Of a stretch of 32,000 nucleotides of DNA, positions 27,673 to 32,000 are shown piece after piece (the first letter of the stretch is position 1; every line of letters begins with the position of its first letter). Below the pieces are notes generated by a model. It worked only from the letters and a program-made list of their open reading frames with translations, was not told where the DNA came from and did not search any database. Location: assembly GCF_000186885.1 (NCBI RefSeq), contig NC_014972.1, positions 3,510,001 to 3,542,000 on the forward strand, given 5' to 3'. The translations under genes were made by a program, and so were the position numbers. This DNA is from Desulfobulbus propionicus DSM 2032. Lineage in GTDB: Bacteria > Desulfobacterota > Desulfobulbia > Desulfobulbales > Desulfobulbaceae.

Positions 27673-28239
27673 TTAACCGAGATAGCCGAGCCGGATGCCT
27701 TCCAGAATCCGTTCCTCCAATGCCTCTTCCTGCCAACTGATCTTCCAGGCTTGCCGTAGGTGCGGATTGCCAAAGGAATAGAGCCGTTCTGGTTGTAGGA
27801 CCTCGTCCCACAGCCAGTCGCGCCACTCAGGCTTCAGCGGCATGGTGGTGCTGTTGTCCAAACGGTGATGGGCCTGCTGCTTGACCGCTGCCATGTCCTC
27901 GCCAAAGACGATGACCGAGCAGGTGGTCTCGGTGTGCTGGGCCTTGCGTTCGAATTGTTCGGCGCTGATCAGTACCTTGTTGACCACATCGCCGATCTTC
28001 CGTGCCCGGATGGAGCGGATGGTGCCTGGAGTACGGCCCAACTCCAAGGGAGTGGGTTCGATCCCGGAGATGCGGCTGAAGCCGCCGTTGTAGAAGTGGG
28101 CCGAGGTGGCCTGGATCTGGGCCGGGCTGCCGACCAGACTGAGCAGGTAAGCCCGCGCCTGATCCGCCTCGATACTGGCGATGAGACCGTCACAGTAGGT
28201 GACAAAACCGTTGCTGCGGATGGTGAGATAGTCGTGCAT
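27673..28239 (-). CDS. hypothetical protein (188 aa) between the methyltransferase and the helicase
   Basis: ORF with the SD caggagg 4 nt before the ATG. No motif recognised. Confidence 0.55.
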   Translation of the reverse strand: MHDYLTIRSNGFVTYCDGLIASIEADQARAYLLSLVGSPAQIQATSAHFYNGGFSRISGIEPTPLELGRTPGTIRSIRARKIGDVVNKVLISAEQFERKAQHTETTCSVIVFGEDMAAVKQQAHHRLDNSTTMPLKPEWRDWLWDEVLQPERLYSFGNPHLRQAWKISWQEEALEERILEGIRLGYLG

Positions 28240-28250
28240 GATGCCTCCTG

Positions 28251-28287
28251 AAAAAAGAGGGAGACATCCCCACCGGGGAAGACTCCC
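28251..28287 (-). terminator. intercistronic hairpin plus U-tract module (copy ii)
   Basis: The minus strand reads gggagtcttcccc-ggt-ggggatgtctccc (11/13 pairs), then tcttttttCAGGAGGcatcATG. Confidence 0.45.
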
Positions 28288-28321
28288 CCCATGGGTTGGT
28301 GTAATTGAAAATTTAAAAACC

Positions 28322-29362
28322 TCAGCGGATGATCAGCATTTCGGCCTTGGCCATGTCGATGGCCTTGACCGTGGGCTGGTACAGGTCACGGGTGGTGACC
28401 ATGGTGTCGCCGCTGTTGTTTTCGGCGATGGAGTGTATTTTTTCCGTCTTGTGGACCACGCCCTTGATCACCAGCCGGTGGCCGGCCATCTCGATCTCGC
28501 CGTTCATATAACCGCCGGCAAGCATCAGGGCCAGATGGCCGTTTTTCAACGGCGCCAAAGGCCGGATGGAGTGGCACTGTCCGGGCGCCAGATCGTGGGT
28601 GAGCAGATCCGCCAACAGCCCGCTCTTGCGAACCAGGGGGATGGCTTCCCTCGGATCGATCCGGCTGCACCTGAAGGTGCAGGGATGTTTGGGAGCGGGG
28701 ATAATCAGCCGCTCTGTACAGCTTGCCAACTGCGGAGCCGTGGCCAGAAAGATCTCCGGCGTCATGCCGGCGATGCAATTCAGCTCCTGCTCCATGTGGG
28801 CTGCCTTGGCCTTGGTCACCAGCGAGCGTTTCCGCCCGATCACCAAACACTGATGGAAGGTGTGGAACTCCTCTTCCGGAAAGGCGTAGACCTGAAGGCC
28901 CGAGAAATGCCGGGCCAGAACCGAGGCGCAGGCGACGAGCACTGTGTAGGGGACAACCAGCACCAGCCAGCCGTCCTTGTACAGGGTTTCCTGAAAGCGT
29001 CTAAGAAAGAGCACTTCCAGCCGCTGGGCCTGGGCTTCCGGCTCCAGACTGTAGTCATAGGGTGGATTGAGATAGAGAAGGCCAAAGGCTCCGGGCGAGA
29101 TCCGCATTTCCACCAAGGCGTCGCCCCAGAGGAGATGGTGGATGCGTTGCCGTGCCTCAGTTGCCCGATCATGATCCAGTTCAATGCCGTAGGTGATGGC
29201 ACCTGTTCCATCCGCCAGTGCGGCAAGGGTTTGTCCCTCGCCACAGCAGGGGTCGAGAATGCGGGCGTCCTCTTCGATATCAAGCAGTTCTTTGAGTTGG
29301 CCACGGATGCTCTCCGGTGTCGGATAAAAGCCTGCCTTGGCCTGTGAACCCAGTCGTGCCAT
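28322..29362 (-). CDS. orphan DNA methyltransferase (NPPY, probably N6-adenine), ICE/plasmid-type
   Basis: MARLGSQAKAGFYPTPE..., ILDPCCGEGQ (motif I) and LLYLNPPYD (motif IV). The SD caggag precedes ATG 29362; the track ORF start at 29545 is rejected. No adjacent restriction-endonuclease-like ORF is recognisable. Confidence 0.8.
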   Translation of the reverse strand: MARLGSQAKAGFYPTPESIRGQLKELLDIEEDARILDPCCGEGQTLAALADGTGAITYGIELDHDRATEARQRIHHLLWGDALVEMRISPGAFGLLYLNPPYDYSLEPEAQAQRLEVLFLRRFQETLYKDGWLVLVVPYTVLVACASVLARHFSGLQVYAFPEEEFHTFHQCLVIGRKRSLVTKAKAAHMEQELNCIAGMTPEIFLATAPQLASCTERLIIPAPKHPCTFRCSRIDPREAIPLVRKSGLLADLLTHDLAPGQCHSIRPLAPLKNGHLALMLAGGYMNGEIEMAGHRLVIKGVVHKTEKIHSIAENNSGDTMVTTRDLYQPTVKAIDMAKAEMLIIR

Positions 29363-29379
29363 GGTGTTCTCCTGTTTGG

Positions 29380-29523
29380 TTAGGGTATGCGTGCCTTTTC
29401 GATCTCGACCACGAAATGGATCTGCGCGGTCTGGCCGATCATGCAGGCATCCAGGCCCTCTAATCGGGCCAGGTGCAGCAGGTCGGTCAACAGATCGATG
29501 ATGGCGGTTTCGAGGATATCCAT
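29380..29523 (-). CDS. small hypothetical protein (47 aa), not on the ORF track
   Basis: Hand translation gives MDILETAIIDLLTDLLHLARLEGLDACMIGQTAQIHFVVEIEKARIP*. It fills an otherwise empty gap in a tightly packed co-directional gene array and ends 17 nt before the methyltransferase start. Confidence 0.35.
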   Translation of the reverse strand: MDILETAIIDLLTDLLHLARLEGLDACMIGQTAQIHFVVEIEKARIP

Positions 29524-29591
29524 GGGTTCGCCCTTGCTCAGGCACTATTGATCAAGCGCCTGCCGGGCGGATTCGGTACGTCGTGTCATGG

Positions 29592-29960
29592 TCATTCTCC
29601 CTGGTTGCGTTTAATCTCCAGTTGCTGCCAATCGGGGAAGAGGCTTTCCAGCATGGTGCGAGCCGCAGTGGCTGTACCGGTGGAAGTCGCCAGATCCCGC
29701 AGGGCAACAAACAGAACCGGGGCGGCCTGGAGCAGGCGAATGTTGCCGGCTTCATGCCGTGCCACCAGCAGACTGCGCCGGTCGCCTTCCTCTGTGGAGA
29801 GGTCATAGCCCTGGTCGCACCATGTCTGTTGCTCATGACGGACTTCACGGATGACATATCCGCCTTCGGTGTCCGGATGGGATGCAATGGTCCAGGGAAA
29901 AGGGGTGCAGAATGATGGTTCTGCATGTGGGTGTTCCTGTTGGTTGGGTAGGTAGTTCAT
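29592..29960 (-). CDS. hypothetical protein (122 aa)
   Basis: I chose the start at ATG 29960 (MNYLPNQQEH...), which has caggag upstream. The longer track ORF would overlap ssb. Confidence 0.5.
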   Translation of the reverse strand: MNYLPNQQEHPHAEPSFCTPFPWTIASHPDTEGGYVIREVRHEQQTWCDQGYDLSTEEGDRRSLLVARHEAGNIRLLQAAPVLFVALRDLATSTGTATAARTMLESLFPDWQQLEIKRNQGE

Positions 29961-30051
29961 GTGGTGCTCCTGATGATCAAAATGAGAGGGCCTGAACCCC
30001 ACGGATGTGGAGTTCAGGCCTGGGGTGTTGTGTGGCTGCAATGCGTGGCAA

Positions 30052-30447
30052 TCAGAACGGTACGTCGTCAGAGGGTGGTGGTTCCTGGCCGTCTTCCGGT
30101 GGAACCGGAATATCGGTTCGTTCACCGCCGCCCAGCATCTTCATCTCACGGGCAATGATTTCCGTGGTGAAGCGGGTGACACCTTCTGCGTCTTGCCATT
30201 TGCGGGTCTGTAAACGGCCCTCCAGGTAGACACGGGAGCCTTTCGAGAGGTACTCGGAGCAGATTTCGGCCAGGCGACCGAAGGCAACGATGCGATGCCA
30301 TTCGGTCGATTCCTGCGCCTTACCTTCGTTATCCTTCCACCGTTCGGTGGTGGCGATGCGGAAGGTGGCCACTGCGACCTGGGTCTTGGTGTAACAGGTG
30401 TCAACGTCTGCGCCTAAATTGCCGATCAGCATGGTCTTGTTCAACAT
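30052..30447 (-). CDS. ssb: single-stranded DNA-binding protein
   Basis: MLNKTMLIGNLGADV...TEWHRIVAFGRLAE...YLEGRLQTRKW (OB fold) and an acidic tip DDVPF. The SD aaggag is present. Confidence 0.92.
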   Translation of the reverse strand: MLNKTMLIGNLGADVDTCYTKTQVAVATFRIATTERWKDNEGKAQESTEWHRIVAFGRLAEICSEYLSKGSRVYLEGRLQTRKWQDAEGVTRFTTEIIAREMKMLGGGERTDIPVPPEDGQEPPPSDDVPF

Positions 30448-30526
30448 GAGGGTTCTCCTTGAAGAATGAGAGGGTAGCTCTCCCCACCATGGGAAGAGAT
30501 TTGGGTGCGATTTGGGAAACCTGAGT

Positions 30527-31498
30527 TCAAGCGGCTTTCTTGACCTCCAGGAAGGCGTAGGAGCTGCTCTTCTGGAAATCATTGAGCGAGTGGCCGTAGC
30601 CTTGGAGGAACTGGTTGAGCTGGTCCGCATCCAGTGACTTCCTGGTGCGAACCGCCTTACGCAGCAGATGGCCGCAAGTCTTGAGCGGACCGCGTTGGGC
30701 CACGATGGCCAGCAGATTGCTCTTGCGGTAATTGACCTCGGCCTCCAGATCTTTTTGCTGGTGCTGTAATTCCAGGAGGACTTCGACACTCTCGGTCAGC
30801 TCGCGCACCTCTTCAGCCTCGAACTTGGGGCAGTCCAGGAGGAAGGGGCAGTAGCCGCAGAGCGGTCCTACCTCCATGGAGGGGGTAGCCAAATCACCTG
30901 CACTGTAGGCTTGGTATTGGTTCCAGATGGTAGCGGCCCGGTCGATCAGGCCGTGATAGATGGTGTCCTGGGGCGTGTAGCCGCCAAAGAGTCGCATTCC
31001 CTGATCACCGAAGTTGACTGCCAGGATGGCGCCTTTCTCCACGGTGTAGTCGGGGAAGCTGTCGGCCAGCAGTCCCATTTGCAGATAGAGTTGGGTCTCC
31101 CAAGCGCCGTAGGGGTGTTCCGGGATGTTCTCCGGTGCTTTCACCTCCAGGACCGCCATGGTCTTGCGCACTTCCGAGATGAAGACAAAATCGAGATGGG
31201 CCATGACCGGGACAGCGCCCGCATGACGAACCTCGGTTTGTCGCTGGAAGTTGCTGAAACCAGCGATCATGAAGGCAGCGGCAACCACTTCCTCGGCCAT
31301 GTGACCGCGCCGCTGCCGCAGCAGGGTAACCAGGTCGGCCTCCGGGGCATGGAGTTTTCTGAGAATGGTTTTGCGTGGGCAGGCGCCGATGTCGGAAGCC
31401 CCGAGATAGGTACTCCGATCACCGAGTGTTGCCTCGGTCTGTTGGATGGCAAGCTGCTGGAGAGCGGCCTGCAGGGTGAGCATTAACTGATCTGACAT
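30527..31498 (-). CDS. PD-(D/E)XK nuclease, Cas4/RecB-like, with a 4-Cys (Fe-S type) pattern
   Basis: N-terminal Cys (GASDIGACPRK). D...E-x-K core (HLDFVF...LEVKAPE). C-terminal CGYCPFLLDC (C-x2-C-x5-C). I chose the start at ATG 31498, with caggagga upstream. Confidence 0.7.
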   Translation of the reverse strand: MSDQLMLTLQAALQQLAIQQTEATLGDRSTYLGASDIGACPRKTILRKLHAPEADLVTLLRQRRGHMAEEVVAAAFMIAGFSNFQRQTEVRHAGAVPVMAHLDFVFISEVRKTMAVLEVKAPENIPEHPYGAWETQLYLQMGLLADSFPDYTVEKGAILAVNFGDQGMRLFGGYTPQDTIYHGLIDRAATIWNQYQAYSAGDLATPSMEVGPLCGYCPFLLDCPKFEAEEVRELTESVEVLLELQHQQKDLEAEVNYRKSNLLAIVAQRGPLKTCGHLLRKAVRTRKSLDADQLNQFLQGYGHSLNDFQKSSSYAFLEVKKAA

Positions 31499-31513
31499 GG
31501 TTGGATCCTCCTG

Positions 31514-31567
31514 AAAAAATGAGGGAGGATACACGGATTCCCGCCGAGGGAATGGTATCGCTCCCTC
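31514..31567 (-). terminator. intercistronic hairpin plus U-tract module (copy i)
   Basis: The minus strand forms an imperfect hairpin of about 18 bp (gagggag..gatac..attccc / gggaat..gtatc..ctccctc), followed by attttttCAGGAGGatccaaccATG. Confidence 0.45.
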
Positions 31568-31591
31568 TGGGGCTGGGTGATGTTGTGGTGA

Positions 31592-32000
31592 TTAAGCTGC
31601 TTGCTTCATCCAGGTTTTTCCGGTCTTATCCCATTGAAAGCCTGCGGCCTTGAGCAGTTCCTTCTTGTCGAAGAGATGGTCGCCGATGGCGATGATCACC
31701 CCTTGACGATGCTCGAAGCTGACGCCGGCGATCCTAGGCAGGGTTGCCGAGGGATCGCTTTGATTGGCAGGTGGTTCAGTGGGTTGGCTTCTGGATGCAG
31801 GTTTGGTTTTCGGTTGAGGGTTGGATTGCGTTGCGGGTGGCGAAGTTCGTTGCGTTCCCTGAAGGAAGACGTTCTTCAACAGGCCCTTGTAGGCATCGCT
31901 GCCGATGGACAACAGTGACATGCATTTCTGAATAGCATCGGTGATCGCCCCTTTCTGGGCATCGCCGACATTGCCTTTGACGATCTGCATCTGTCCCTTG
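31592..32000 (-). CDS. Rad52/Sak-like single-strand annealing protein, C-terminal part (partial; the 5' end lies beyond the window)
   Basis: The frame is open to the window edge. GDAQKGAITDAIQKCMSLLSIGSDAY resembles the Rad52-family signature (..A.SDA.KR....fGiG..lY). It has a Pro/Gln-rich linker and a C-terminal LLKAAGFQWDKTGKTW module. Confidence 0.55.
   Translation of the reverse strand, partial: KGQMQIVKGNVGDAQKGAITDAIQKCMSLLSIGSDAYKGLLKNVFLQGTQRTSPPATQSNPQPKTKPASRSQPTEPPANQSDPSATLPRIAGVSFEHRQGVIIAIGDHLFDKKELLKAAGFQWDKTGKTWMKQAA

Noticed and set aside
28040-28070. gggttcgatcccgg, resembling a tRNA T-arm (GGTTCGAnnCC).
   Set aside because: No acceptor, D or anticodon arms can be folded around it. 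It lies inside the 27673-28239 ORF, where it encodes ...GIEPTPLE... on the other strand. I found no tRNA or tmRNA elsewhere in the window either.
29545-29589. 14-codon mini-ORF (MTRRTESARQALDQ) starting right after the stop of the 29592 gene.
   Set aside because: It is too short and has no supporting signal beyond an overlapping gggaga. It is probably incidental.

Overview
High-GC (about 60%) bacterial chromosomal segment. It probably comes from an anaerobic Desulfobacterota/Deltaproteobacteria-type organism; this is inferred from the nifI1/nifI2-type nif operon, several sigma54 -24/-12 promoters and a PEP-CTERM protein.

The window has three parts.

(1) 1-8.5 kb, chromosomal genes. These include a 1233-aa outer-membrane usher-like protein with a C-terminal SPOR domain, a cNMP-binding/DUF4388 protein, a small membrane protein, and a co-directional pair directly upstream of nif. 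The pair is a class-I glutamine-amidotransferase-like protein that has lost its catalytic triad, followed by a divergent RelA/SpoT-like nucleotidyltransferase.

(2) 8.7-16.2 kb, a sigma54-driven nif operon: nifH-nifI1-nifI2-nifD-nifK. It is followed by a NifB/NifX-like protein lacking the radical-SAM CxxxCxxC motif, a thioredoxin-like [2Fe-2S] ferredoxin, a GNAT acetyltransferase and a HEPN-like protein. No nifE/nifN is present in the window.

(3) 16.3-32 kb, accessory DNA.
- A secreted thermonuclease and a sigma54-dependent PEP-CTERM mini-protein.
- A truncated, degenerate tyrosine-recombinase gene co-oriented and tightly spaced (putative operon) with a SAM methyltransferase and a membrane protein.
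- Two tandem paralogous small ORFs and an OM beta-barrel gene.
- A complete IS21-family element (istA/istB, 21167-23728) with no target-site duplication that I can find.
- A one-directional mobile-element module (ICE/plasmid leading-region-like or prophage-like): Rad52-like SSAP, Cas4-like PD-(D/E)XK nuclease, SSB, unknown small ORFs, an orphan NPPY DNA methyltransferase, a frameshifted SF2 helicase, RadC and ArdC.

The points most worth a second look are:
- the pseudo-amidotransferase plus RelA/SpoT-like pair next to nif;
- the cysteine-less NifB paralog;
- the tandem small-protein locus;
- the repeated hairpin/U-tract/SD intercistronic module and the uncharacterised ORFs in the mobile module.

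All functional calls come from reading motifs by eye. No database search was run.
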